DNA of 43,846 nucleotides from Pseudomonadota bacterium (GTDB lineage: Bacteria; Pseudomonadota; Gammaproteobacteria; Burkholderiales; Burkholderiaceae_C), in assembly GCA_039805705.1 (NCBI GenBank), contig JBDLTR010000123.1:1-43846 (forward strand), written 5' to 3'. Shown piece after piece: positions 1 to 11,184 of the stretch (position 1 is its first letter; every line of letters begins with the position of its first letter). Made by a program: the position numbers and the translations under genes. The notes beneath the pieces were generated by a model. It was not told where the DNA came from. It did no database searches and was given only the letters and a program-made list of their open reading frames with translations.

Positions 1-830
1 AATCCCCCGTCCACACGCCAGTCGGGCAGCACCCGCACCAGCTGGCCTTTGCGCAGGGCTTCTTGGGCGCTGAAGTCGGGCAAGAGGGCGATGCCCGCGC
101 CCACCAAGGCGGCTTCGCGCAGCGCCTCGCTGTTGTTGGCGGCCAGCGTGCCACGCACCGGCACATTGACGGTCTCGCGCCCGGCCGCGCGCGCCGCGGG
201 TGTGAAGCTCCAGACCGGCATGTCTTGTGAACGCGGGTAGTGCAAGCAGTTGTGCTGCTGCAAATCGGCCGGCGTCTGCGGGGTACCGGCGCGCCGCAGG
301 TAGCCGCGCGTGGCGACCAGGACTGAAGCGGTGTCGCACAGCGTCCAGGCCACGTGGGTGTCGGGGGCGCGCTCGGTGTGGCGGATCGCCAGGTCGAAGC
401 CTTCGGTGGCCAGCGAGCGCAGGCGGTCGGCCATGTCCAATTCGATGCGCACCTGGGGATGCAGGTCCAGAAACGCGGTCAGCAAGGGCATGAGCTGCTG
501 ACGCGCCAAGGCCACCGGCGCGGTCACGCGCAGCAGGCCGCTGGGCTGCTCGGCCAGATCACGCACCTGGGCAAAGCTTTGCGCGATCTGCTCGAAGGAC
601 GCGCGCGTGTCATCGACCAAGCGCTGACCGGCCTCGGTCAGGCGCACGCTGCGCGTGGTGCGCTGCACCAGCGGCACACGCGCGGCGCGCTCGAGCTCGG
701 CGATGCGCTGGCTCACCGCCGCCTTGCTCACCCCCAGGCGTGCAGCCGCCGCGGTGTAACTGCCTTGCTGGGCCAACACGCTGAGCCAATGCAAGTGACC
801 CCAGAGGGGTGCAATTTTTTGGGATTCCAT
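1..830 (-). CDS. LysR-family transcriptional regulator (3' end beyond left edge); HpdR-like by context
   Basis: Not in the ORF track. Manual translation from ATG at 830 gives [68 protein letters not shown], a classic LysR HTH. Divergent from mmsA. Confidence 0.93.
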   Translation of the reverse strand, partial: MESQKIAPLWGHLHWLSVLAQQGSYTAAAARLGVSKAAVSQRIAELERAARVPLVQRTTRSVRLTEAGQRLVDDTRASFEQIAQSFAQVRDLAEQPSGLLRVTAPVALARQQLMPLLTAFLDLHPQVRIELDMADRLRSLATEGFDLAIRHTERAPDTHVAWTLCDTASVLVATRGYLRRAGTPQTPADLQQHNCLHYPRSQDMPVWSFTPAARAAGRETVNVPVRGTLAANNSEALREAALVGAGIALLPDFSAQEALRKGQLVRVLPDWRVDGG

Positions 831-836
831 GGCGCT

Positions 837-858
837 ATTGTTCATGAAATTGAACAAT
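837..858. promoter_or_regulatory. Putative LysR binding box (ATTGTTCA-N6-TGAACAAT, contains T-N11-A)
   Basis: Perfect 8-bp inverted repeat just upstream of the LysR start codon, in the AT-rich divergent spacer. Confidence 0.7.
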
Positions 859-972
859 CATTTCAAGCTGTCTGCCTTGTTCCTGGGTCCAGCTCTGCAT
901 AGACTGCACCGACATTTGCCAAACCCGCTGCCCAAACCCATGGCCTTTGGGCCGCCACACCAGGACACGTTC

Positions 973-2484
<1,512 letters not shown>

Positions 2485-2510
2485 TCTTTACGAGCCGGTG
2501 ACGATGGTCC

Positions 2511-2597
2511 GCCCCCGGTGTGGGGGTGGGTGGCCCGGCCTCATCAGTCGCTGCGCGCCAGCAAATCGGCCAAACCACCCACCCCCACACCGGGGGC
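2511..2597. repeat. Long-stem palindromic element, copy 1 (23-bp perfect inverted repeat, 41-nt spacer); REPIN/MITE-like or structured RNA
   Basis: GCCCCCGGTGTGGGGGTGGGTGG (2511-2533) is the exact reverse complement of 2575-2597. The loop shares a motif with the element at 13393-13476. Confidence 0.85.
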
Positions 2598-2660
2598 CGC
2601 GTTGGTGACCCGCTGCCGAACAGGTTCGCTGCACAATCGCCGCCAGAGGAGACACGCGCG

Positions 2661-4367
2661 ATGAGCGACCACACCTTCGACTACATCATCGTTGGCGGCG
2701 GCACCGCCGGCAGCCTGTTGGCCAACCGGCTGAGCGCCGACGCGCGCCGGCGCGTGCTGCTGATCGAGGCCGGCAAAAAGGACGATTACCACTGGGTACA
2801 CATCCCGGTGGGTTACCTGTATTGCATCGGCAACCCGCGCACCGACTGGCTTTACCAGACCGAGCCGGCCGCCGGCCTGAACGGCCGCACGCTGCGCTAC
2901 CCGCGCGGCAAGGTGCTGGGCGGCTGCAGCAGCATCAACGGCATGATCTACATGCGCGGGCAGTCGCGCGACTACGACCATTGGGCGCAGCTCACCGGTG
3001 ACGACCGCTGGCGCTGGGAGCACAGCCTGCCCTACTTCCAGCTGCATGAGGACCACCACAAGGGCGCGGATGCGTTGCACGGTGCCAAGGGCGCGAAGAC
3101 GCCCCTGCTCGACACCGAACTGCCCGAGGGCAGCTACCTGCACACGCTGCGTGGGCGCGGCGCGGGCGGCGAATGGCGGGTGGACAAACAGCGCCTGCGT
3201 TGGGAGGTGCTCGACGCCTTCGCCCAGGCCGCTCAGCAGGCGGGCATCCCCGCCACCGAAGATTTCAACCGTGGCAACAACGAGGGCGTGAGCTACTTCG
3301 AGGTCAACCAGAAAGAGGGCTGGCGCTGGAACACGGCCAAGGCCTTCCTGCGCCCCACCTGCTACGGTCGCCCCAATTTCGAGCTCTGGACCAAGGCCCA
3401 GGTCAGCCAGCTGCTGATGGAGAAACAGGCGGATGGCCAGCTGCGCTGCACCGGCGTGCAGGTGTGGTCGGGCACCGAGATGGTTGAGGTCAAAGCCACG
3501 CGAGAAGTCATCCTGAGCGCGGGCAGCGTCGGCTCGGTGCAGATCCTCGAACTCTCGGGCATTGGCGATGCCGAATTGCTGCGCCAGCGTGGCATCACGC
3601 CGGTGCACCACCTGCCGGGTGTCGGTGCCAACCTGCAAGACCATCTGCAGATCCGCACGGTCTACAAAGTCAACAACGCGCGCACGCTGAACACCCTGGC
3701 CAACAGCCTGTGGGGCAAGGCCCTGATTGGCGCGGAATACTTGCTCAAGCGCACAGGACCGATGAGCATGGCGCCCAGCCAGCTCGGCGCCTTCACCAAA
3801 AGCGACCCTTCTCGGCCCTGGCCCAACATCCAGTACCACGTGCAACCGCTGAGCCTGGACGCCTTTGGCGAGCCGCTGCACCGCTTCCCGGCCATCACCG
3901 CCAGCGTGTGCAACCTCAACCCCACCAGCCGAGGCAGTGTGCACATCAAGACGCCAAATTTCGAGGACGCGCCTGCGATTGCGCCCAACTACCTGTCGAC
4001 CGACGAGGACCGCCAGGTCGCCGCCGACAGCCTGCGCGTGACGCGCCGCATCCTGCAGCAACCGGCCATGGCCAAGTACCAACCGGAGGAATTCAAGCCC
4101 GGGCCGCAGTACCAGACCGATGAAGAGCTGGCACGACTGGCCGGCGACATCGCCAGCACCATCTTCCACCCGGTGGGCACCACCCGCATGGGGCGTGATG
4201 ACGACGAGATGGCGGTGGTCAACGCGCGCCTGCAGGTGCGCGGCGTGGCCGGCTTGCGCGTGGTCGATGCCGGCGTGATGCCGACCATCACCAGCGGCAA
4301 CACCAACAGCCCCACCCTGATGATCGCCGAGCGCGCGGCACAGTGGATCGCCGAAGCCCATTTGTGA
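2661..4367 (+). CDS. GMC-family FAD oxidoreductase (choline dehydrogenase-like; probable 3-hydroxypropionate dehydrogenase HpdH/DddA type)
   Basis: DYIIVGGGTAG FAD motif, RGKVLGGCSSING, NLQDH, FHPVGT, GNTNSP. GAGGAG RBS precedes ATG 2661. Substrate inferred from mmsA/LysR context. Confidence 0.9.
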   Translation: MSDHTFDYIIVGGGTAGSLLANRLSADARRRVLLIEAGKKDDYHWVHIPVGYLYCIGNPRTDWLYQTEPAAGLNGRTLRYPRGKVLGGCSSINGMIYMRGQSRDYDHWAQLTGDDRWRWEHSLPYFQLHEDHHKGADALHGAKGAKTPLLDTELPEGSYLHTLRGRGAGGEWRVDKQRLRWEVLDAFAQAAQQAGIPATEDFNRGNNEGVSYFEVNQKEGWRWNTAKAFLRPTCYGRPNFELWTKAQVSQLLMEKQADGQLRCTGVQVWSGTEMVEVKATREVILSAGSVGSVQILELSGIGDAELLRQRGITPVHHLPGVGANLQDHLQIRTVYKVNNARTLNTLANSLWGKALIGAEYLLKRTGPMSMAPSQLGAFTKSDPSRPWPNIQYHVQPLSLDAFGEPLHRFPAITASVCNLNPTSRGSVHIKTPNFEDAPAIAPNYLSTDEDRQVAADSLRVTRRILQQPAMAKYQPEEFKPGPQYQTDEELARLAGDIASTIFHPVGTTRMGRDDDEMAVVNARLQVRGVAGLRVVDAGVMPTITSGNTNSPTLMIAERAAQWIAEAHL

Positions 4368-4468
4368 ACACTTTCGCCCTGCAAACAGGCGCCTGGTACC
4401 CCGGGGAATACCCCCGAACCGGGAAATCCCTGAGCTGGGCAGGGCCACGGCCCCGCTACAGTGCACCC

Positions 4469-4600
4469 ACTCGATGACAGGCCACGCCTGCATCCCGAGG
4501 GCCGAGGAGACAACCCGACCCATAACTCGAACAAGACACGAACATCCGACACGAGATGTGATGACTTCCCCCAGCGCCGCTCCTGCGGCGCTTTTTTTTT
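4469..4600 (+). ncRNA. Candidate small RNA (unassigned family)
   Basis: TACAGT -10-like hexamer at 4457-4462, A/C-rich body, strong intrinsic terminator, no credible ORF. The 5' end is approximate. Confidence 0.4.
4573..4600 (+). terminator. Rho-independent terminator
   Basis: AGCGCCGC-TCCT-GCGGCGCT hairpin followed by a run of T to 4600. Confidence 0.9.
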
Positions 4601-4630
4601 CGCCCGCACCCCCATGGGACAATGCCTGCC

Positions 4631-5392
4631 ATGGAATGGCTGATGGTGTCGCTGGCCTCGTTGCTGGCCGGGCTGGTGGATGCGATCGTGGGCGGCGGAG
4701 GCCTGGTCTTGCTGCCCGCGCTGTTCGCAACCTTTCCGCAAGCCGCACCCGCCACCCTGTTTGGCACCAACAAAAGCGCCTCGATCTGGGGCACCGCTTG
4801 GGCCACGTTCCAATACAGCCGCCGCGTGGTGCTGCCCTGGCACGCCTTGTTGCCCGCGGCCGGGACCGGCTTGGTCGGCAGCTTCGCCGGTGCTTGGGCG
4901 GTGCAAGGGATCGACCCCAGCCTGTTTCGCCGAGCCTTGCCCGTGCTGCTGAGCGCACTGCTGCTGTACACACTGGCGCGCAAAGACCTCGGGCGCGCCC
5001 ACGCGCCGCGCTTTGCCGGCCGGCGCGAGGCGATGGTGGCCAGCGCGGTGGGGCTGGTGATCGGGTTTTACGATGGTTTTTTTGGTCCGGGCACCGGCAG
5101 CTTTCTGGTGTTCGCCTGGGTGCGCCTGCTGGGCTATGACTTTTTGCACGCCTCGGCCTCGGCCAAGCTCATCAACACCGCGACCAACCTGTCGGCGCTG
5201 TCGCTGTTCGCCTGGCAAGGCCATGTCTGGTGGCACTTGGCCTTGACGATGGCCATCGCCAACATCGTGGGCAGCCTGATCGGCACCCGGCTGGCACTGC
5301 GCCACGGCGCGGGCTTTGTGCGCCAGGTGTTCATCGTGGTGGTGCTCGCCTTGATCGTCAAAACCGCACACGACAGCGGGCTCTGGCCCTGA
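4631..5392 (+). CDS. Sulfite exporter TauE/SafE (TSUP) family membrane protein
   Basis: AGLVDAIVGGGGLV, GTNK and GFYDGFFGPGTG motifs; hydrophobic. ATG 4622 is an alternative start. Confidence 0.92.
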   Translation: MEWLMVSLASLLAGLVDAIVGGGGLVLLPALFATFPQAAPATLFGTNKSASIWGTAWATFQYSRRVVLPWHALLPAAGTGLVGSFAGAWAVQGIDPSLFRRALPVLLSALLLYTLARKDLGRAHAPRFAGRREAMVASAVGLVIGFYDGFFGPGTGSFLVFAWVRLLGYDFLHASASAKLINTATNLSALSLFAWQGHVWWHLALTMAIANIVGSLIGTRLALRHGAGFVRQVFIVVVLALIVKTAHDSGLWP

Positions 5393-5511
5393 GCCCGCGC
5401 GGCGCCTTCGCGCGCCAGGAGTGGAAAAATCCCCGCGGGCCATCTGGCCAAAGCGGTGGACCTGACCGCACAGCCACCGCACGCACGACAATCGCCGACA
5501 GGAGAACCCCG

Positions 5512-6585
5512 ATGTCCGTCCACCATGCACTGATCCCCATCTCTGCCCTGCTGGTGCTGGGCGGTGCCGGCACCATCGCGCAGGTGCTGCCTTCGGCGGC
5601 GGTGTGGGTGCTGGGCCTGATGCTGATGCTGGCCGTGCTGTCGGCGGTGCACCACGCGGAAGTGGTGGCCCACCGCACGGGCGAGCCCCTGGGCACGCTG
5701 GTGCTGGCGCTCGCGGTCACCGTGATCGAGGTGGCGCTGATCCTCTCGTTCATGCTGGTGGGCGATGCCAGCAAGAGCAGCCTGGCGCGAGACACCTTGT
5801 TCGCCGCCATCATGATCATCTGCAATGGCGTGGTCGGCCTGTGCCTGCTGGTGGGCGGCTGGCACCATTCGGAACAGGTGTTTCGCGTGCAGGGTGTGGG
5901 GCCGGCACTGGCCGCCTTGCTGGCGCTGAGCACGCTGTCCCTGGTGTTGCCCACCTTCACCACCAGCTCGGCCGAAGGCACTTACACCGCCTCGCAGCTG
6001 CTGTTCGTCGCCATCAGCTCGCTGGCTTTGTGGTGTGCCTTCACTTTTTTCCAGACCGTTCGCCACCGCGACTATTTCTTGCCCGAAGACGCCAGCGAAA
6101 ACGCGAAAGCGCACGCGGCGCCGCCCAGCGGCTTGCAGGCCTTGGGCAGCCTGTTGGCGCTGCTGGCGTGCCTGGTCAGCGTGGTGGGCCTGGCCAAACA
6201 GCTCTCGCCCCAGATCGAATCGGCGGTGCGCGCCTGGGGCGCGCCGCAAACCCTGGTGGGCATCGTGATCGCTTTGCTGGTGCTGATGCCCGAGACCCTG
6301 GCCGCCTTGCGCGCCGCCCGGGCCAACCGGCTGCAAACCAGCCTGAACCTGGCCTTGGGCTCGGCCCTGGCCAGCATCGGCCTGACGATCCCGGTGGTGG
6401 CCATCGCCGCCGTGGTGTGGAACCTGCCGCTGACGCTGGGGCTGGACAGCAAAGACCTGGTGCTGCTGGCCCTGACTTTCATGGTGGGCAGCATCACGCT
6501 GGCCCACGGCCGCACCAGCATGATGCAAGGTGCGGTGCACCTGGTGATTTTTGCGGCCTTCCTGTTCCTGGCCTTGGTCCCCTGA
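5512..6585 (+). CDS. chaA: Ca2+/H+ antiporter (ChaA/CaCA family)
   Basis: HHAEVVAHRTGEPLGTLVLALAVTVIEV and LLVLMPE...NRLQTSLNLALGSALASIGLTIP alpha repeats; AGGAG RBS. Confidence 0.88.
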   Translation: MSVHHALIPISALLVLGGAGTIAQVLPSAAVWVLGLMLMLAVLSAVHHAEVVAHRTGEPLGTLVLALAVTVIEVALILSFMLVGDASKSSLARDTLFAAIMIICNGVVGLCLLVGGWHHSEQVFRVQGVGPALAALLALSTLSLVLPTFTTSSAEGTYTASQLLFVAISSLALWCAFTFFQTVRHRDYFLPEDASENAKAHAAPPSGLQALGSLLALLACLVSVVGLAKQLSPQIESAVRAWGAPQTLVGIVIALLVLMPETLAALRAARANRLQTSLNLALGSALASIGLTIPVVAIAAVVWNLPLTLGLDSKDLVLLALTFMVGSITLAHGRTSMMQGAVHLVIFAAFLFLALVP

Positions 6586-6595
6586 GGGCCCCGCC

Positions 6596-7693
6596 TCAGG
6601 CGCGCACGCGCACCGGCACGCGCGGCGACAAGGCGCACATGAGTTCGTAGGCCAGGGTGCCGGCGCTGGCGGCCACCTCGTCGATGGACAGGCACTGGCC
6701 GTTGTCGGCCAAGCCCCAGAGCGTGGCGGTGCTGCCATAGCCCGCCTGCGGCAGATCGCTGAGGTCGACCGTCAGCATGTCCATGCTCACGCGCCCCAGG
6801 GTGCGGCTGCGCACGCCGTCGACCAGCACCGGCGTGCCGGTGGGGCACACGCGCGGGTAGCCATCGGCATAACCACAGGCCACCACGCCCACACGCATGG
6901 GCCGCTCGGCCACGAACAGGCTGCCATAGCCCACCGCATCGCCCGTTTGCAGGTGTTGCACGGCGATCACTTGGGCGCTGAGCGTCATGGCAGGCTGCAG
7001 CTGCCATTCGGGCGCGCTGTGCGCGGGGTGGTCGGGCGAGCTGCCGTACAGCGCGATGCCGGGGCGCACCCAGTCGGCACGGACACCCGTGTCCTGCGCG
7101 TGGCGCAAGATGGCGGCGCTGTTGGCCAGCGAACGCTCGCCCGGCAAGTCGCGTGTGGCCTGTGCGAAACGCGCCACCTGCACCGCCACGCCCTGCGGGC
7201 CATCGGCGTCGCTGAAATGGCTGGCCAGTGAAACCTCATCGACCTGCGGCAGCGCGCTCAGCCGGGTCCAGGCCGCGCGGTAACGCTCGGGGGTGAAGCC
7301 CAGGCGGTTCATGCCCGAATTCATTTTGAGGAACACCCGGTGCGGCTCGTGCGTTTTGTGCATGGCCAGCATGTCGATCTGCTCGTCGCAGTGCACCGTG
7401 TGCCACAGCCCCAGGCGGGAACACAGTTCCAGATCGCGCGGCTCGAACACGCCTTCGAGCAGCAGGATCGGCCCCCGCCAGCCCAGCGCGCGCACCCGCG
7501 CCGCTTCGTCCAGGTCGAGCAAGGCAAAACCATCGGCTGCGCGCAAACCCTCGTATACGTGCTCGATCCCATGGCCGTAGGCATTGGCCTTGACCACCGC
7601 CCAGACTTTGGCGTCGGCTGCGGCCGCGCGCAGGCGTTGCAGGTTGTGGCGCAGGGCGGCGGGATCGATGGTGGCCGAAATGGGGCGTGGCAT
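6596..7693 (-). CDS. alr: Alanine racemase
   Basis: PLP-lysine motif [42 protein letters not shown]. Confidence 0.97.
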   Translation of the reverse strand: MPRPISATIDPAALRHNLQRLRAAAADAKVWAVVKANAYGHGIEHVYEGLRAADGFALLDLDEAARVRALGWRGPILLLEGVFEPRDLELCSRLGLWHTVHCDEQIDMLAMHKTHEPHRVFLKMNSGMNRLGFTPERYRAAWTRLSALPQVDEVSLASHFSDADGPQGVAVQVARFAQATRDLPGERSLANSAAILRHAQDTGVRADWVRPGIALYGSSPDHPAHSAPEWQLQPAMTLSAQVIAVQHLQTGDAVGYGSLFVAERPMRVGVVACGYADGYPRVCPTGTPVLVDGVRSRTLGRVSMDMLTVDLSDLPQAGYGSTATLWGLADNGQCLSIDEVAASAGTLAYELMCALSPRVPVRVRA

Positions 7694-7874
7694 GGGCAAA
7701 CAGCGGTCAGGGCAAATGCACACGCGAGTGTGCCAGCAAAAGCGCAGACCGCCCTGGAATTGATCCCGATCAGCCCTGGGGAAGTCCCTCGAGAACCCGC
7801 GTCAGCAGGGCCTTTCAAATGCTTTACACTGGCGCGCCGGCCCGTCCCCTGGGGCGACTTTTGGCCCCTTTTGC

Positions 7875-8495
7875 ATGGATGTTTTTCAGTTCCTGATGCC
7901 CATCTTCACCGAATACGGTTACCTGGCCGTGTTCGTGATGCTGCTGATCTGCGGCTTTGGCGTGCCCGTGCCCGAGGACGTCACGCTGGTCACCGGCGGC
8001 GTCATTGCCGGCCTGGGCCACGCCGATGTGCACACCATGTTCGCCGTCGGCATGGCCGGTGTGTTGGTCGGTGATGGCCTGATGTTCACGCTGGGCCGGG
8101 TGTACGGCCAGCGCATCCAGCGGCTGCCCGGTTTTCGCAAGATCCTCACCCCCGAGCGCTTTGCCAGTGCGCAGGACGCCTTCCACAAATACGGCAAGTG
8201 GGTGATGTTCGTGGCCCGCTTCCTGCCGGGCCTGCGCACGCCGGTGTTCTTTTCGGCCGGCATGAGCCACCGCGTGAGCTTTGGCACCTGGTTCTTCATG
8301 GACGGCTTTGCCGCACTGATCAGCGTGCCGATCTGGGTCTACCTGGGTTACTTCGGCGCGCAAAACTGGGACTGGATGTTCGGCGTGCTGCGGCAGTTCC
8401 AACACGCCATCTTCGCGCTGCTCGCCATCGGCGGTGGCTGGTTGCTGTGGCGCTGGTGGAAAAAGCGCCACGCCGCCGTCGGCCCCAACGACTGA
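7875..8495 (+). CDS. DedA-family membrane protein
   Basis: GVPVPED, GDGLMF.LGR and ARFLPGLR DedA motifs. Confidence 0.93.
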   Translation: MDVFQFLMPIFTEYGYLAVFVMLLICGFGVPVPEDVTLVTGGVIAGLGHADVHTMFAVGMAGVLVGDGLMFTLGRVYGQRIQRLPGFRKILTPERFASAQDAFHKYGKWVMFVARFLPGLRTPVFFSAGMSHRVSFGTWFFMDGFAALISVPIWVYLGYFGAQNWDWMFGVLRQFQHAIFALLAIGGGWLLWRWWKKRHAAVGPND

Positions 8496-8500
8496 GCGCC

Positions 8501-9403
8501 GTGCACGCCGCCTCTCCCCGCGCGGCCTGGGCCGTGTCCGGCCTGCTGCTCAATGCCCTGGTCTGGGGCCTGTCGTGGTGGCCCTTCAAACGCCTCGAAT
8601 CCCAGGGCTTGCACCCTTTGTGGGCCACCGCCCTGGTGTTTGGCCTGGCCTGCGTGGCCCTGGTGCTGTGGCGCAAGCCGGCGGGCCACCACCGACAAGC
8701 CTGGCGCACGCACTCAGGCTTGTGGTGGCTGATGGTCGCCTCGGGCCTGACCAATGTGGGCTTCAACTGGGCGGTCACCGTGGGCGATGTGGTGCGCGTG
8801 GTGCTGCTGTTCTACCTGATGCCCGCTTGGTCGGTGCTGGTGGCCTGGGCCTTGCTGGGCGAGCGCCCCACCGCGGGGGCGCTGGCGCGCCTGTTGCTGG
8901 CCATGGCGGGCATGGCCACCGTGCTGCACCAGCCCGGCCAGCCCTGGCCCTGGCCCGAGACACTGGCCGACGGGCTGGCGCTCATGAGCGGTCTGGCGTT
9001 TGCCGTGACCAACGCCTTGCTGCTCAAACTCAAAGACGTGCCCGAGCGGGCGCGGATGCAGGCCATGTTTGGCGGCGGGGCCTTGATGGGGGTGCTGGCC
9101 GCGGTGCTGGCCACGGCCAACGGGCTCGCGCACTGGCCCAGCGCCTGGCAAAGCGGCTGGCTGGGGCCGGTGCTCGCCCTGAGCCTGGCCTTTGTGGTGG
9201 GCAACCTGGCCCTGCAATACGGGGCGGCGCGGCTGCCTGCCCACACCACCGCCCTGGTCATGTTGTCCGAGCTGGTGTTCGCTTCGCTGTCTTCCGTGAT
9301 ACTGGGCGCCTCGACCTGGGACAACCGGACCTTGCTGGGCGGCGCGCTGATTTTGCTGGCGGCCCTGCTGGCGATCCGGATACCTGGTCGTTCATCTTCT
9401 TGA
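8501..9403 (+). CDS. DMT/EamA-family transporter
   Basis: About 10 hydrophobic segments, WGLSW, LLFYLMPAW...LLGER, LSELVFA. Start (GTG 8501) is uncertain. Confidence 0.85.
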   Translation: MHAASPRAAWAVSGLLLNALVWGLSWWPFKRLESQGLHPLWATALVFGLACVALVLWRKPAGHHRQAWRTHSGLWWLMVASGLTNVGFNWAVTVGDVVRVVLLFYLMPAWSVLVAWALLGERPTAGALARLLLAMAGMATVLHQPGQPWPWPETLADGLALMSGLAFAVTNALLLKLKDVPERARMQAMFGGGALMGVLAAVLATANGLAHWPSAWQSGWLGPVLALSLAFVVGNLALQYGAARLPAHTTALVMLSELVFASLSSVILGASTWDNRTLLGGALILLAALLAIRIPGRSSS

Positions 9404-9416
9404 GACCGGAGCCCCC

Positions 9417-9899
9417 ATGAGCGTGTACGACTTTGAAGCGCAAAGCATCGACGGCCAGAACGTGTCCCTCTCGCGTTACCGCGGCCAAGCCCTGTTGATC
9501 GTGAACACCGCCAGCGCCTGCGGCTTCACGCCCCAGTTCGCGGGGCTGGAGCAGCTGCACCAGCACTACGGGCCACAAGGCCTGGTGGTGCTGGGTTTTC
9601 CGTGCAACCAGTTCGGCGCGCAAGATCCCGGCAGCAACGCCGAGATCGGCGCCTTCTGCCAGAAGAACTACGGCGTGAGCTTTCCGATGATGGCCAAGAT
9701 CGAGGTCAACGGGACAGGCGCGCACCCCCTGTACCAGTGGCTCAAGCAAGAAGCCCCTGGGCTGTTGGGCAGTGAGGGCATCAAGTGGAACTTCACCAAG
9801 TTCCTGGTCGGGCGCGATGGCCGGGTCATCAAGCGCTATGCCCCGCAGGACGCGCCGGCCAAGCTTGGAAAAGACATCGAGGCGGCGCTGGCCAGCTGA
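9417..9899 (+). CDS. Glutathione peroxidase (Cys-type)
   Basis: VNTASACGFT, LGFPCNQF and IKWNFTKFLV signatures. Confidence 0.96.
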   Translation: MSVYDFEAQSIDGQNVSLSRYRGQALLIVNTASACGFTPQFAGLEQLHQHYGPQGLVVLGFPCNQFGAQDPGSNAEIGAFCQKNYGVSFPMMAKIEVNGTGAHPLYQWLKQEAPGLLGSEGIKWNFTKFLVGRDGRVIKRYAPQDAPAKLGKDIEAALAS

Positions 9900-9929
9900 G
9901 GCCACAGGGCCAGCCCGACGCGGCCGTGC

Positions 9930-11174
9930 TCAGTGCGTCGCTTGCAGCGCCTGGTCCAGCAGTTCCACCCAATGCCGTACTGAGGTGCTGCAACCGCTTT
10001 GCAGGTGGGTGATGCAGCCGATGTTGGCGCTGAGGATGCCCTGGGGCTGCAGCGCCTGCAGGTGGCCCAGCTTGCGGTCGCGCAGTTGCTTGGACAGATC
10101 GGGGTTGAGCACGCTGTAGGTGCCGGCCGAGCCGCAGCACAGGTGCGCTTCGTTCGTGGCGGTCTTCACCGTGAACCCCAGTTGTATGAGCAGGGCTTCG
10201 ACACCGCCCTTGAGCTGCTGGCCATGCTGCAGCGTGCAGGGCGGGTGGTAAGCCTGCAGGCCGGCGTTTTGCAGCACCTCGGTGTTGATCTTGGCCTTGA
10301 GTTCGGGCAAGAGCGCGGGCATCAGCTCGCTGAGGTCTTTCGTCAGCGCGCTGATGCGCGCGGCCTTGTCGGCGTAGGCGCTGTCGTGCTGCAGGATGTG
10401 CCCGTATTCCTTGACGGTGACGCCGCAGCCGGAGGCGTTCATGACGATGGCTTCGACCTCGCCGCTTTCCACCAGCGGCCACCAGGCGTCGATGTTGGCG
10501 CGCATCTGCGCGCTGCCGCCGTCCTGGTCATTGAGGTGGAACTTGACGGCGCCGCAACAACCGGCTTTGGGCGCGATCACGGTCTCGATGCCGCAGGCGT
10601 CGAGCACGCGCGCGGTGGCGCTGTTGATGTTGGGGCTCATCGCCGGCTGCACGCAGCCGGCCAGCATCAGCACCTTGCGCGCATGCGTGCGCGTGGGCCA
10701 GACGCCGGCGTCCTGCGGTGCCGGCACTTTGGCCTTGAGCGTTTCGGGCAAGAGATCGCGCACCAGCTGGCCCATTTTCATGGCCGGGCCAAACACCGGT
10801 GAAGGCAAGCCCTCCTTGAGGGCCCAGCGCACCGCCTTCTCGCCCAAGGGACGCGGCACTTTCGCATCGACCAGCTTGCGCCCGATGTCGACCAGGTGGC
10901 CGTACTGCACGCCGCTCGGGCAGGTGCTTTCGCAGTTGCGGCAGGTCAGGCAGCGGTCCAGGTGTTGCTGGGTCTTGCGCGTGGGTTCGGCGCCCTCGAG
11001 CACCTGCTTCATCAAATAGATGCGCCCGCGTGGGCCATCGAGCTCGTCGCCGAGCAATTGGTAGGTCGGGCAGGTGGCGGTGCAAAAACCGCAGTGCACG
11101 CACTTGCGCAAAATCGCTTCGGCCTCGCGGCCTTCGGGCGTGTTCTGGTATTCGGGGGCCAGGTGGGTTTGCAT
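9930..11174 (-). CDS. glcF: Glycolate oxidase iron-sulfur subunit
   Basis: CVHCGFCTATCP and CLTCRNCESTCP 4Fe-4S motifs, two CCG domains, ANIGC. Confidence 0.95.
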   Translation of the reverse strand: MQTHLAPEYQNTPEGREAEAILRKCVHCGFCTATCPTYQLLGDELDGPRGRIYLMKQVLEGAEPTRKTQQHLDRCLTCRNCESTCPSGVQYGHLVDIGRKLVDAKVPRPLGEKAVRWALKEGLPSPVFGPAMKMGQLVRDLLPETLKAKVPAPQDAGVWPTRTHARKVLMLAGCVQPAMSPNINSATARVLDACGIETVIAPKAGCCGAVKFHLNDQDGGSAQMRANIDAWWPLVESGEVEAIVMNASGCGVTVKEYGHILQHDSAYADKAARISALTKDLSELMPALLPELKAKINTEVLQNAGLQAYHPPCTLQHGQQLKGGVEALLIQLGFTVKTATNEAHLCCGSAGTYSVLNPDLSKQLRDRKLGHLQALQPQGILSANIGCITHLQSGCSTSVRHWVELLDQALQATH

Positions 11175-11184
11175 GTCGCGGTCC

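Noticed and set aside
829-972. Upstream-extended starts in the ORF track (829, 2520, 5230, 8198, 14712, 23343, 27912, 34183, 35272, 37958 and others)
   Set aside because: They overlap neighbouring genes or regulatory DNA; downstream starts with an RBS, a -10 box or stop/start coupling fit the family N-termini better
2534-2574. CTGATGAG on the minus strand suggesting a hammerhead ribozyme
   Set aside because: The GAAA core after stem II is absent, and copy 2 lacks CTGATGA
5393-5511. Possible cation riboswitch upstream of the Ca2+/H+ antiporter
   Set aside because: Only a short hairpin (GCGGT...ACCGC) is visible and I cannot match it to the nhaA, fluoride, yybP-ykoY or Na+ consensus; an Rfam scan would decide
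9417-9899. Glutathione peroxidase as a selenoprotein
   Set aside because: The active site is an ordinary Cys codon (TGC in ASACG)
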